Below are positions 38,334-47,432 of a stretch of 64,000 nt of DNA, piece by piece. The stretch's first letter is position 1, and the number at the start of each line of letters is the position of its first letter. The DNA comes from Candidatus Schekmanbacteria bacterium. Its GTDB lineage: Bacteria; Schekmanbacteria; GWA2-38-11; J061. Location: contig JACRJM010000003.1 in the NCBI GenBank assembly GCA_016219965.1, positions 130,299 to 194,298 on the forward strand, written 5' to 3'. Below the pieces are notes generated by a model. The model was not told where the DNA came from. It saw only the letters and a list, made by a program, of their open reading frames with translations, and made no database searches. The position numbers and the translations under genes were made by a program.

Positions 38334-39395
38334 TTACTTTCCGAACTTTTCCACCACCTGCTTCATCATATCAGGGATGGGCAGATCATAAGGACACCTT
38401 GTTACGCACTCTCCGCATGCTACACATTCTGAAGCCGGGACAAGTAATCCTTTTTCCACCCCGTCAGAGTAAGCTTTTTTCTTTTTCTCAAAGCTCAACA
38501 CGCCTGCGTTCAGGAGATCTATAAGCCCGTAAATCCTTATATTCTGAGGGCATGGGAGACAATAGCCGCATCTGTGGCAGTAAAGTTTTCCCATTCTTTG
38601 TGCAAACTCGCTCAACTGTTCCTTTTCAGCCTCTGAGAGCTCTTCATTCCTTCTCGCAATGTTGATGTTCATTTTCAGCTCATCAATGGTTTTTGTTCCG
38701 GGTATTATGGTAGAAACTGGTTTATGGAGAAGCCATTTAAGCTGGGCCTCAGCTATGTCTCCGAATTGCCCTCCGCCTAAAGGCTTCATTACGATCGTCC
38801 CGATGTCCATTTTATTTGCGAGAGGAACCAATTCTGTATCAACATCCCGCTCTATCACATTGAAAGGGAATTCCACTATGTCAAAAGCACCTGTCTTTAT
38901 TGCTTCTGCAAGAATCGGATAGTTATGCCCTGCTACAAGAGTATAGTCTATCAATCCCTGCTTCTTTGCCTCAAGGATTGCCTCGATTCCCCCGTCAGGC
39001 TCGCTTACCTCCTTTAAAACATCATCGTAGTCGATAAATGCAAGCTGGAATATGTCAATCACTTCCCTTGAAGTGCCTTTGAATATTAAGTTTAGCGCCT
39101 TATCTATGTCTTCCAGCACTTCTGACTTTTTTCTTCTCATGGTTTTTACACCCACATACACTTCGCTTCTCCGCTCTTTAAGAACTTCCCCTATTTTTTC
39201 CTGGCTGTCTTTGTATACAGCTTCCTGGTAAAATTGTTTTGGGCCTTCGTCGAGATCAAAATAGTTTACTCCTTCATCTATTGCGGCATTGATAAGCTCT
39301 ATGGCATCTTTTGTAGGTATGAATGTACTCGGAAGACCTCCGAATGATATAGAAGAAACTTTAAGCCCGGTTCTTCCAAGTCGTCTGTATTCCAT
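38334..39395 (-). CDS. Aldo/keto reductase with C-terminal 2x[4Fe-4S] ferredoxin domain
   Basis: AKR N-terminus (YRRLGRTGLKVS.ISFG). C-terminal CHRCGYCLPCP and CVACGECVTRCP motifs. Confidence 0.75.
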   Translation of the reverse strand: MEYRRLGRTGLKVSSISFGGLPSTFIPTKDAIELINAAIDEGVNYFDLDEGPKQFYQEAVYKDSQEKIGEVLKERRSEVYVGVKTMRRKKSEVLEDIDKALNLIFKGTSREVIDIFQLAFIDYDDVLKEVSEPDGGIEAILEAKKQGLIDYTLVAGHNYPILAEAIKTGAFDIVEFPFNVIERDVDTELVPLANKMDIGTIVMKPLGGGQFGDIAEAQLKWLLHKPVSTIIPGTKTIDELKMNINIARRNEELSEAEKEQLSEFAQRMGKLYCHRCGYCLPCPQNIRIYGLIDLLNAGVLSFEKKKKAYSDGVEKGLLVPASECVACGECVTRCPYDLPIPDMMKQVVEKFGK

Positions 39396-39599
39396 CTTAT
39401 CTCCTTTCTATTGCTGTTTTGTCTACCTGCAATCAGATGTTGTTAAAATATTTTCAATCCTTTTTTGTCTAAATTATTTTTTAGCACACTTCAATATGAA
39501 AATAGGTGTATAATTTTGTAGACTATGCAATAATATGTAATAGAATATGAACATAAGAATATGCAAGAAAACTACAATCCTCTATCATGATAAAAAGGT

Positions 39600-40271
39600 A
39601 TGGTAAGGGAAATTGAGCTTTTAAAGAATGTTCCTATTTTCTCTGGTATTTCAGACAAAGAAATAGGCTTGGTTACAAGTATCCTCCGTAAGAGGTCTTT
39701 TCCGAAGAGCAGTGTCGTTATTCATAAAGGTGATGAAGGAGAAGCTCTCTATATTATTCTTTCCGGTAAAGTAAAGGTCACCTTAATAAGTGATGCAGGA
39801 AAGGAGATAATACTCGCAATATTAAGAGAAGGAAATTTCTTCGGAGAGATGTCTCTTCTAAACAACGAGCCAACGTCCGCAAATGTAGTAACTGCAGAGG
39901 ATTCTGTTTTTTTAACTATCTACAGGGATGACTTCAACTACATTTTGAGAAAGGACCCGGGGATAGCCCTTAATCTTCTTAAGCATATGTCCCTGAGACT
40001 GAAGATTGCCGACAAGAAGATAGGAAGTCTTGCCCTGCTTGATGTTTGCGGCAGAATAGCAAACCTTTTCATCGATATGGCAAAAGAAGAAAAACATGAG
40101 ATATATATAGTTGAAAAGATTACTCACGCAGAGATTGCCCACATGATAGGCTCCACAAGAGAAGTGGTAAGCCGTGCCATAAAATGCCTTAAGGATAGCG
40201 GTTATATCAAAGTGCTAAGAGACAAAATTATCTTAGATAAGGATCTGAAGCTCAAGATAGATGATTTTTAA
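39600..40271 (+). CDS. Crp/Fnr-family transcriptional regulator
   Basis: cNMP-binding domain (GEALYIILSGKV…FGEMSLL) plus a C-terminal HTH (…REVVSRAIKCLK). An extended -10 (TGTATAAT) lies at 39507-39514. Confidence 0.8.
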   Translation: MVREIELLKNVPIFSGISDKEIGLVTSILRKRSFPKSSVVIHKGDEGEALYIILSGKVKVTLISDAGKEIILAILREGNFFGEMSLLNNEPTSANVVTAEDSVFLTIYRDDFNYILRKDPGIALNLLKHMSLRLKIADKKIGSLALLDVCGRIANLFIDMAKEEKHEIYIVEKITHAEIAHMIGSTREVVSRAIKCLKDSGYIKVLRDKIILDKDLKLKIDDF

Positions 40272-40367
40272 CCGCAAGTGATAAATAATACAGCATCATA
40301 GTGTGTTAAGTCCTATCTTTTGATTAATGAATTACTATAATTAATATATGCCAATATTGGGTTTTCG

Positions 40368-40446
40368 AAAAAGGCAAACTCCGTGTAAGCGGAAGACGCA
40401 AAGCCAACGGATCCTAAAAAGTTAGGATGGCCGGGTCGCCGAAGAA
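40368..40446 (+). ncRNA. Candidate c-di-GMP-I (GEMM) riboswitch aptamer
   Basis: GGCAAAC is followed by a hairpin with a GUAA (GNRA) loop (CCGU-GUAA-GCGG). Next comes the hallmark GACGCAAAGCC, a hairpin containing CCUAAA…GGAUGG (tetraloop-receptor-like), and 3' CCGGGUCGCCGA (compare Vc2 CGGGGUUACCGA). A putative expression-platform hairpin (gaagaaacc…ccuguuucuuc) lies at 40441-40475. The gene starts at 40590. Confidence 0.5.
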
Positions 40447-40589
40447 ACCGGGAGAATATGATAACCTGTTTCTTCATAAACCGAGAAATGGGTTATATTT
40501 TTTTGATAAGGAGGTGATTAAGTTCAAAAGAAAATTTAGTATTAACAAAAAAATTTAATAAATTTTTTTATAATTTGGAGGAAAAATAT

Positions 40590-42116
40590 ATGAAGCAAAG
40601 AATTACAATAATGGCAATAATAGCGGTTTTTGTAATGGCTTTTTGCCTTGGAGAGATTATCAATGCCAAACAGCCGGGAGGACAACCTTCAATAAAGTCC
40701 GTAAAAGTTACGCCTGTAAAAGTTAAAGTTAAAACAGATAAAACTAAGAAATTTAAAGCTGTAGTAAAAGCAAAAGGAGGTGCGGATAAAAGTGTCAGTT
40801 GGTATGTCAATGACGTACTCGGCGGAGATAGTTCCGTAGGAACTATAACACAAAGCAATCCGGCTGTTTACACTGCTCCGGCAGCACCCCCAAATCCAGC
40901 GACAGTAACTATTAAGGCTGTTAGCACTTCAGACACTTTAAAATATGCGACATCAAAGGTTAAAATAGAACTTTCAACTAAGAAGAAGGCAAAAATAAAA
41001 GGAGTCGCAGCAACGGGTGCTCCTATAGCCAACGGAACAGTTGTAATAACTGATGCGACAGGAAAGGAAGTAGGAACAGATGAGACATCTGCCGATGGTT
41101 CCTATTCCGTAAACTATCAAAAAAAATACCAGCTTCCATTTCTTATTAAAGTTACCAGTGAAGATGGTACTGTTACCCTTTACAGTGTAACCAATGATCC
41201 AACACAACCTGCAAACATAACACCTTTTACGGACAAGGCTGTTGAAACACTGGTTGTACAAAATGGAGGAGATGTCAGCGACGGCGAAGTTGAAGACGAT
41301 ATTGAAGAACTAGCGGGCCAGACTGCAGACATGGACAGCGCCATATCCAAAGCGCTTGAAACAATCAAAAATGCGTTGGGGCTTTCAACTGTAGATATCA
41401 ATTTTGTAACTTCCAAACTTGATACTGAAGATCCCGATGATTTTTATGATGATCTGCTTGATGCTGTTGAATCCTCGATTGAAGACGCAGGAAAAGATGA
41501 CATTGACGATCTGATCGAAGTAGATGACGATTATATCAAAGTCGATAAGACAATAACTTTAAAATATGGCGAATACGGGGTTAAAACAGATGATGGTGAA
41601 GAACTCGAGGACGAATCTCCGGAAGACCTATCTGAAGATGAGCAACCTGAGATAGAGGGAACTATCAGCGCTGTTGATCCAATCAGCATGACCATAACAG
41701 TAAACAGCAATACAATAGGGGTTACAGACACAACCGTGATAAAAATGGAAGATATTGACGGCAATGATACGGTTGTAACTTTTAGCGCATTGGCAGAAGG
41801 CCAATTTGTAAAGATTGAGGCAAAATTTGAAGGAGATTTATTGGTTGCAGCAAAGATCAAGATAAAAAATGAATCAGAAGATGATGATGAGGATGAATTC
41901 GAGGCGGCAATAACACAGAAGAACGATGAAGCTTCGACCATTGTTGTCGACAATGCCCTGATATATGTGACTGTTGACACAGTGATAGATATCAATGATA
42001 CCAGCGGGGCTTTTTCTGACCTCGCTGTGGGACAGGAGGTTGAAGTTAAAACCCAGCTTGTAGATTTTAAACTTGTCGCTGTTAAAATAGAAGTAAAAGA
42101 TGAAGACAGCAACTAA
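40590..42116 (+). CDS. Secreted protein: signal peptide + Big_2-like Ig domain + highly acidic region + two C-terminal DUF5666-like beta domains
   Basis: I start it at ATG 40590 (MKQRITIMAIIAVFVMA…), which has a GGAGG RBS 8 nt upstream. The ORF-track TTG at 40575 overlaps the RBS. VKVTPVKVKVKTDKTKKFKAVVKAKGG…VSWYVND is Big_2-like. The D/E-rich segment spans about 230-360. Two repeated modules of about 65 aa (…TVVTFSALAEGQFVKIEAKF… and …AFSDLAVGQEVEVKTQL…) end the protein. Confidence 0.55.
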   Translation: MKQRITIMAIIAVFVMAFCLGEIINAKQPGGQPSIKSVKVTPVKVKVKTDKTKKFKAVVKAKGGADKSVSWYVNDVLGGDSSVGTITQSNPAVYTAPAAPPNPATVTIKAVSTSDTLKYATSKVKIELSTKKKAKIKGVAATGAPIANGTVVITDATGKEVGTDETSADGSYSVNYQKKYQLPFLIKVTSEDGTVTLYSVTNDPTQPANITPFTDKAVETLVVQNGGDVSDGEVEDDIEELAGQTADMDSAISKALETIKNALGLSTVDINFVTSKLDTEDPDDFYDDLLDAVESSIEDAGKDDIDDLIEVDDDYIKVDKTITLKYGEYGVKTDDGEELEDESPEDLSEDEQPEIEGTISAVDPISMTITVNSNTIGVTDTTVIKMEDIDGNDTVVTFSALAEGQFVKIEAKFEGDLLVAAKIKIKNESEDDDEDEFEAAITQKNDEASTIVVDNALIYVTVDTVIDINDTSGAFSDLAVGQEVEVKTQLVDFKLVAVKIEVKDEDSN

Positions 42117-42144
42117 TTTTTAAATTTTTTCAATTGTAGAAAAA

Positions 42145-42170
42145 GGGGCTCAAATCGAGCCCCTTTTTTT
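42145..42170 (+). terminator. Rho-independent terminator
   Basis: GGGGCUC-aaauc-GAGCCCC followed by U7, immediately after the stop at 42116. Confidence 0.75.
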
Positions 42171-42175
42171 GTCCG

Positions 42176-42205
42176 TTGACCTTCTTAGCATATCTTTATT
42201 ATAAT
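42176..42205 (+). promoter_or_regulatory. Sigma-70-like promoter (TTGACC-N18-TATAAT)
   Basis: -35 TTGACC at 42176-42181 and -10 TATAAT at 42200-42205. About 45 nt upstream of the AlaDH-family gene. Confidence 0.45.
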
Positions 42206-42250
42206 AATATTATAAAGATGTTTTTCCCCAGATGAGAGAATGAAGAGAAT

Positions 42251-43363
42251 ATGGATATTGCAATAGCTCACAACTTGGGTTCAGAAGACTATAGGGTCCC
42301 CCTTACCCCAGGCGCAGTCGGAAGCATCACAAAAGCAGGAAATAATGTCTATCTTCTTCAGGGAGCAGGAGCTGCAAGCGGTTATAGCGACCGTGAATAT
42401 GAGCTGAAAGGTGCAAACATAGTTTATTCTTCTGAAGAAATCTATAAGCGGGGAGATCTGTTAGTTTCAGTATCTTCGCCATCCCTGGAAGCCCTGAGCG
42501 TTATTAACAACAAAACAGTAGTTATGTCTTTTCTCCATTTAGCTGTGGCTGGTGAAAAATACCTTGACCTTCTTATTGAAAAAGAAATTACGTCAATAGG
42601 CTTTGAAGTTATATCGGATGAGAATTGTGAGCTTCCTCTTGAAGTATCTACCGGAGAAATAGCCGGAGCTCTGAGCGTGCAGATAGCAGCTAACTATCTT
42701 CAGAGCAACATGGGAGGAAAGGGGATACTTCTCGGAGGGGCCCCGGGTATTGAACCCGCGAAAGTTCTTATCATAGGAGCAGGCTCAGTCGGAAGAACTG
42801 CGGCGAAAATAGCAGCGGCAATCGGAGCGGAGGTCCTCATTGTTGACAGAAATGTCAGAAAGCTCCGGCAGATTGAAGATACGATAGGAATGGGTATATC
42901 AACAGGGTTTTCAAGCATACATGGACTTTCAGACTGGATAAAAGATGCGGACGTTGTGATCGGGGCAGTTTACCTTAAAGGGGCAAAAAGCCCGGTTGTC
43001 GTAACCGAGGAGATGGTAAGCTCTATGAAGAAAGGTTCCATCATTATTGATCTTTCCATCGACCAGGGGGGATGCGTTGAAACAAGCAGAAGGACTACGC
43101 TCAGCTCGCCTGTCTTTGAGTATAAAGGAATAATCCATTATTGCGTTCCGAACATACCATCGCTTGCGGCAAAGGCATCTTCTCAGGCATTAAGCCATGC
43201 TCTTTATCAATATATTATCCAGATGTCGCATCATGGGAGTGATTTCCTTAAAAACATCCCGGACATTGCACGGGGCACGTACACCCATAAGGGGAAAATC
43301 ACCATGAAGGTCCTCGCAGAGCTTTTCAGGAAAGAATACTTCCCCATAGAGGGACTTCTCTGA
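42251..43363 (+). CDS. Alanine dehydrogenase/PNT-family NAD-dependent dehydrogenase
   Basis: AlaDh_PNT N-domain. NAD-binding VLIIGAGSVGRTAAKIAAAIGAEVLIVD. About 370 aa, as for Ald. Confidence 0.65.
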   Translation: MDIAIAHNLGSEDYRVPLTPGAVGSITKAGNNVYLLQGAGAASGYSDREYELKGANIVYSSEEIYKRGDLLVSVSSPSLEALSVINNKTVVMSFLHLAVAGEKYLDLLIEKEITSIGFEVISDENCELPLEVSTGEIAGALSVQIAANYLQSNMGGKGILLGGAPGIEPAKVLIIGAGSVGRTAAKIAAAIGAEVLIVDRNVRKLRQIEDTIGMGISTGFSSIHGLSDWIKDADVVIGAVYLKGAKSPVVVTEEMVSSMKKGSIIIDLSIDQGGCVETSRRTTLSSPVFEYKGIIHYCVPNIPSLAAKASSQALSHALYQYIIQMSHHGSDFLKNIPDIARGTYTHKGKITMKVLAELFRKEYFPIEGLL

Positions 43364-44658
43364 TGGAGTGGCCGCTTGTTTATCGCGAAAAGGTGACAAC
43401 TCCTGAGAAAGCAGTCAGATATATAAAATCCGGGAACAGGATAATTATAGGTTCCGGCTGCGCAGAACCGCAGTCGCTTGTCAAAGCCTTAAACAGCGTT
43501 GCTCCGGAACTTCACGAAGTCGAGGTTGTCAGCATGCTCACTACCGGCATTGCAGACTATACCGGACCAGAATTTAAAGGTTCCTTCAGACATAACGCAT
43601 TCTTTGTAGGTGCAAATGTAAGGGATGCAGTAAACGCTGGCAGGGCTGACTTCATTCCCATATTTCTCTCCGAAATTCCGAGGCTTTTTAAAAAAAAGAT
43701 CCTCCCCATAGATGTTGCCCTTATACAGGTTTCACCCCCTGACACGCACGGCTTTTGCTCATTCGGCGTCTCTGTTGATATCATAAAACCGGCTGCGGAG
43801 AATGCATCAATAATCCTTGCTGAAGTGAACGATAAAATGCCCAGGACTTTGGGAAACAGTTTCATCCATGTAAGCAAGCTTACGGCAATAGTTGAAAGCT
43901 CATCTCCAATACTCACACTTGCACGTCCTGAGATATCTGAGACTAACATGAAGATAGGAAAGCATGTTGCCGAGCTTATAGAAGACGGCTCAACTCTTCA
44001 GATGGGCATCGGAGGAATCCCTGATGCAACGCTGGCGCAGTTGAAGGATAAAAAAGATCTCGGTGTTCACACGGAAATGTTCTCCGACGGTGTCATAGAC
44101 CTTGTGGAACTTGGGGTTATAAACAACGAAAAAAAAACCCTTCATCCGGGCAAGATTATTTCAAGCTTCATCATGGGGAGCGAAAGCCTTTATCGCTTTG
44201 TTGACAACAATCCCATCATAGAGCTTCACCCTTCGGACCACACTAATGATCCATTTATTGTCTCACAGAACAAAAAAATGGTTGCCATAAACTCAGCCAT
44301 TCAGGTTGATATCACCGGGCAAGTCTGCTCTGACAGCATGGGGACTTTACAGTTTAGCGGCATTGGCGGTCAGGTAGATTTTATCCGCGGCGCGGCAAAA
44401 TCTGAAGGGGGAAAACCAATAATAGCTTTACCGGCCACAGCCAAAGGCGGACGCATATCAAGAATAGTCCCCAAGCTAGACGCAGGTTCAGGGGTTGTAA
44501 CGTCAAGGGGCGATGTACACTGGATTGCGACTGAGTTCGGCGCAGTTGACCTTCATGGTAAAAATCTCCGTCAGCGTGCAAAATCCCTGATCAGCATTTC
44601 CCACCCTGATTTCAGGGAAGCCCTCGAATGCGAAGCACGGGAGAGAAAGTTCTGGTGA
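43363..44658 (+). CDS. Acetyl-CoA hydrolase/transferase family CoA-transferase (Cat1/4-hydroxybutyrate CoA-transferase-like)
   Basis: Family-wide similarity (…IIIGSGCAEPQSLV…, …GGQVDFIRGA…). Its start overlaps the upstream stop (ATGA). Confidence 0.7.
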   Translation: MEWPLVYREKVTTPEKAVRYIKSGNRIIIGSGCAEPQSLVKALNSVAPELHEVEVVSMLTTGIADYTGPEFKGSFRHNAFFVGANVRDAVNAGRADFIPIFLSEIPRLFKKKILPIDVALIQVSPPDTHGFCSFGVSVDIIKPAAENASIILAEVNDKMPRTLGNSFIHVSKLTAIVESSSPILTLARPEISETNMKIGKHVAELIEDGSTLQMGIGGIPDATLAQLKDKKDLGVHTEMFSDGVIDLVELGVINNEKKTLHPGKIISSFIMGSESLYRFVDNNPIIELHPSDHTNDPFIVSQNKKMVAINSAIQVDITGQVCSDSMGTLQFSGIGGQVDFIRGAAKSEGGKPIIALPATAKGGRISRIVPKLDAGSGVVTSRGDVHWIATEFGAVDLHGKNLRQRAKSLISISHPDFREALECEARERKFW

Positions 44659-44882
44659 AGAGCAAAGCAGTCCTTGTCTTCAGCACCACCCATATGACCC
44701 TGAAGGCAGAAGAAATCCTCAAAAATAGAAAAATCCCCAACATGGTAATCCCTAAGCCTGAAAGCGCAAAATCAAAATGCGGGATGGCGCTGAGAATCTA
44801 CGAAGAAGATTTAACGCGGGTTAAGGATTTGCTGCGGAAAGAAAACATAAAAACATTTACTGTCTTGAACAACGAAATATAA
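44628..44882 (+). CDS. DUF3343-family small protein
   Basis: VLVFSTTHMTLKAEEILK…MVIPKP…CGMALRI matches DUF3343 (YedF-related). The start may be GTG 44655, overlapping the upstream stop as GTGA. Confidence 0.5.
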   Translation: MRSTGEKVLVKSKAVLVFSTTHMTLKAEEILKNRKIPNMVIPKPESAKSKCGMALRIYEEDLTRVKDLLRKENIKTFTVLNNEI

Positions 44883-44950
44883 AAGGCTTGGCAGTCCCGC
44901 TTAGGCTTAAAACTTCATGCGCCTGCCGCGGGAACTGCCAAGCCTTTTTA
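44883..44950. repeat. Palindromic REP-like element copy 1 / terminator-like hairpin
   Basis: AAGGCTTGGCAGTCCCGC…GCGGGAACTGCCAAGCCTTTTT: about 18-bp arms and a T-run. Confidence 0.45.
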
Positions 44951-45152
44951 GAAATTAAATGGTATTCTAATAGGTTTGGGTTACTGATTGAACAATTAAG
45001 AAAAAACATTTAGAAAGCGGAGGCAGCCTGCATAGGAGCGCATGTAGTTTTAAGCGAAATGCAGGTTGCCTCCTCTTTTCAACATAAGTATTTTATCTCC
45101 ACGCTCACTAAGCAACTTCAGATAGCATTGAAATTGAATAAGAGAATAACTG

Positions 45153-45215
45153 GCTTGGCTGCTTCCGCGGCAGGCACCTGCTTTTTAGTGCCAGAGCGGG
45201 AGCTGCCAAGCCAGC
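45153..45215. repeat. Palindromic REP-like element copy 2 (nested hairpins)
   Basis: CTGGCTTGGCTGCTTCCGC…GCGGGAGCTGCCAAGCCAG has arms nearly identical to copy 1. An inner hairpin is GGCAC-ctgcttttta-GTGCC. A third hairpin GGAGGCAGCCTGCAT…ATGCAGGTTGCCTCC lies at 45019-45074. Confidence 0.45.
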
Positions 45216-45238
45216 CCAGGAACACAATTAATTTGTAT

Positions 45239-46996
45239 TTAATTTTTAACTTCGCTATCGGGTCTTGGCATTAATGGAGGCCTGGTTTTCTTCTCGGGTT
45301 TTCTCTGCAGTTCTATTTCTTCAATCAACACGCTTGGTGCTACTGTAGAAACAGGCACTGAGCCGGATTCTGCCGAGCAGTAACCGTTAAACACATCATA
45401 ATCTTTTCCGGTGGCTATTATCCTGTTTATGCTGATAAGGGGAGTCCCTACTATTTCAACCCCACGGACAAGCTCTTCCTTCCCTGTTTCAACATCAACC
45501 CTGTAAACAAACTTGGGTGTACTCCTGAAAGCCTGGAAATTAAGCTTTGCTGTTGAAGTTTCTCCTCCCCCTTCGATATCTTTAACTATGAATCCGAAAG
45601 TCTTTCCTCTTTTTTTTGCCTCTGCGATAAGCATCTCTTTGAGTTTGTCTTCGCTAAATTCTCTGGAAGACCTGACTATGATGTTTCCCATTCTCCCCAT
45701 AGGCTTCTGGAGCCCGCTTGATCTGCCGTGGCCATTTGATTTTGAAAACCCCTCAACAGGAGTTCTTGACATGAGATAGTTTTGAAGTATCCCATTGCTG
45801 ATAAGCGTTACCTTCTGTGACTTTACTCCTTCATCATCATATTCATAGAAGCCGTTCAGCTCGGTTCCGTTATATTCCTTTAATGTCGGGTCATCTTCAA
45901 CGGTTATAAAATCAGGAATTACCTTAGCGCCTATTTTCCCCTTGAAAGTCTGCCCTTCCTTTTCAAGCCGTTGCCGTTCTCCCTCAAGCCTGTGTCCCAC
46001 TGCCTCGTGGAAAAAAACTCCGGTAACCGTTGGGGAAAGTATAGCGGGAGCAGTATAGGGATCACTACGCGGAACTGCTTTAAGCAGTTTTAGCTCTTCC
46101 ATAACTTTTGACACGCTTTTTGAAAGCGCACTTTCGCTGAATATATCTTCCGGTGTCCTTGCATAGATGTAGTCAGCGTTCCCTATTTCTTCTCCAGTAT
46201 CAAGGACAAGGCTTGCCGAAGCAGAAGCAAGATAAATGGGATAGGATGTAAATATCAATGAGCCATCGGAGTTTACAAAATACTTTGATTCTATCCTTCC
46301 CTCTATCTCAACTTCGCTTGTAGTTATACCCGGAAGCTCCTTAAAAAGCAGGCTTGCTTTGCGAATGCTCTCTTTCCATTTCTCTTCATCCATCTTAAAA
46401 GTAAAAGTGTTCGATGTGTGGATCTGTTTTTCTTCAACAGAAAAATCATCAACATCATTCTTTTTTTCAACATTGAACACTTTGTCGCCCTTCTTCTTAA
46501 GATATGAAGAAAGCGCTTCTTTGTATTTGTAATCCGTTAATAGCCATAGGGCGCTCTTTAATGCCGGCACATTATCCTCAAGGGGAGCGACAGAGAGCAT
46601 ATAGGAATCCATGAAAGAATAACGGCTGTCGAGCTGGAATCCGGGCGATTCTATATTAGAGCTGTCCAAGTGGTGATTCCCGACTCTCGTCTCGCAGTAT
46701 ATACTCCTCGCCTTGTCTTTGTTATCCGAATAGAGAGCTCCGTCGCGTGCCGAAAAAGAGAAGGTATCTTTCTCTCTCATAAGATAGCTTATAAAATATG
46801 GAGATTCAAAATCAGGAAGCTTCAATTTCTCCATGGAGCGGTCGACCTCGCTTTTCATGGCATTTAAAATATTCCCCGCATTGTCATTGCTGCTTCCTTT
46901 GTCACTCTTTTCATCAGTTGAAAACCATCCAACCAGGAAAAAAATAAAAATGACAGGAAAGATCTGCCATAACCTTATTCTTTGGCCATATCTCAT
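45239..46996 (-). CDS. TldD/PmbA-family metallopeptidase (secreted or membrane-anchored)
   Basis: TldD/PmbA core (…HEAVGHRLEG…, …SNGHGRSSGLQKPMGRMGNIIV…). N-terminal hydrophobic signal or anchor. Confidence 0.7.
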   Translation of the reverse strand: MRYGQRIRLWQIFPVIFIFFLVGWFSTDEKSDKGSSNDNAGNILNAMKSEVDRSMEKLKLPDFESPYFISYLMREKDTFSFSARDGALYSDNKDKARSIYCETRVGNHHLDSSNIESPGFQLDSRYSFMDSYMLSVAPLEDNVPALKSALWLLTDYKYKEALSSYLKKKGDKVFNVEKKNDVDDFSVEEKQIHTSNTFTFKMDEEKWKESIRKASLLFKELPGITTSEVEIEGRIESKYFVNSDGSLIFTSYPIYLASASASLVLDTGEEIGNADYIYARTPEDIFSESALSKSVSKVMEELKLLKAVPRSDPYTAPAILSPTVTGVFFHEAVGHRLEGERQRLEKEGQTFKGKIGAKVIPDFITVEDDPTLKEYNGTELNGFYEYDDEGVKSQKVTLISNGILQNYLMSRTPVEGFSKSNGHGRSSGLQKPMGRMGNIIVRSSREFSEDKLKEMLIAEAKKRGKTFGFIVKDIEGGGETSTAKLNFQAFRSTPKFVYRVDVETGKEELVRGVEIVGTPLISINRIIATGKDYDVFNGYCSAESGSVPVSTVAPSVLIEEIELQRKPEKKTRPPLMPRPDSEVKN

Positions 46997-47213
46997 TAAA
47001 ATCCTCCATTTATATTAAGGAAACAAAAATATCCCATTAGACCATAAAATGCAAATATGCTTTTCTCTTGAATTAATAATTGGATTAATAATTGACATCA
47101 TAGGTATTATTATAATTAAATTAATGAGATATACTTTTTTTCAGCTCATAGTTTTTGAGTTTATGATTTAATGGTGTCGGTGCAGAACTTTATTTAGAGG
47201 GGGGAATATAAAA

Positions 47214-47432
47214 ATGCTCGGTAAAGAAGAGCTCAAGACAGTTATTTCAAAGCAGAAAACCATATTAAAAGAAAAGATGAAGGAAGAAGGGGACATAGAC
47301 CTCACAGAACTGAGAAAATGTAAAAAAGACCTCAAACGTTCCCAGAGAAAACTTCGCTCAATTCTTGCAGTAGAAGAAAGAGAAAAAATTAAAAAGGAAA
47401 AAAAGAAAAAAGAAGCAGAACAGACAGCTTAA
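47214..47432 (+). CDS. Small K/E-rich hypothetical protein (predicted coiled coil)
   Basis: 72 aa. Strong RBS (GAGGGGGG) 7 nt upstream of the ATG. Confidence 0.4.
   Translation: MLGKEELKTVISKQKTILKEKMKEEGDIDLTELRKCKKDLKRSQRKLRSILAVEEREKIKKEKKKKEAEQTA

Noticed and set aside
40575-40589. TTG start codon for the secreted-protein gene, as given in the ORF track.
   Set aside because: The TTG overlaps the GGAGG RBS. The ATG at 40590, 8 nt downstream, yields a canonical signal peptide.
45059-45274. 71-aa ORF in the convergent intergenic region.
   Set aside because: It spans the palindromic repeat elements, has no RBS and has odd composition. The region is better explained as terminators and repeats.
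47041-47130. TTGACA…TATAAT-like promoter and short direct repeats (TTAATAATTGG/TTAATAATTGA) upstream of the 47214 ORF.
   Set aside because: The spacer is too short (13-15 nt), and the region is generally AT-rich, so matches are expected by chance.
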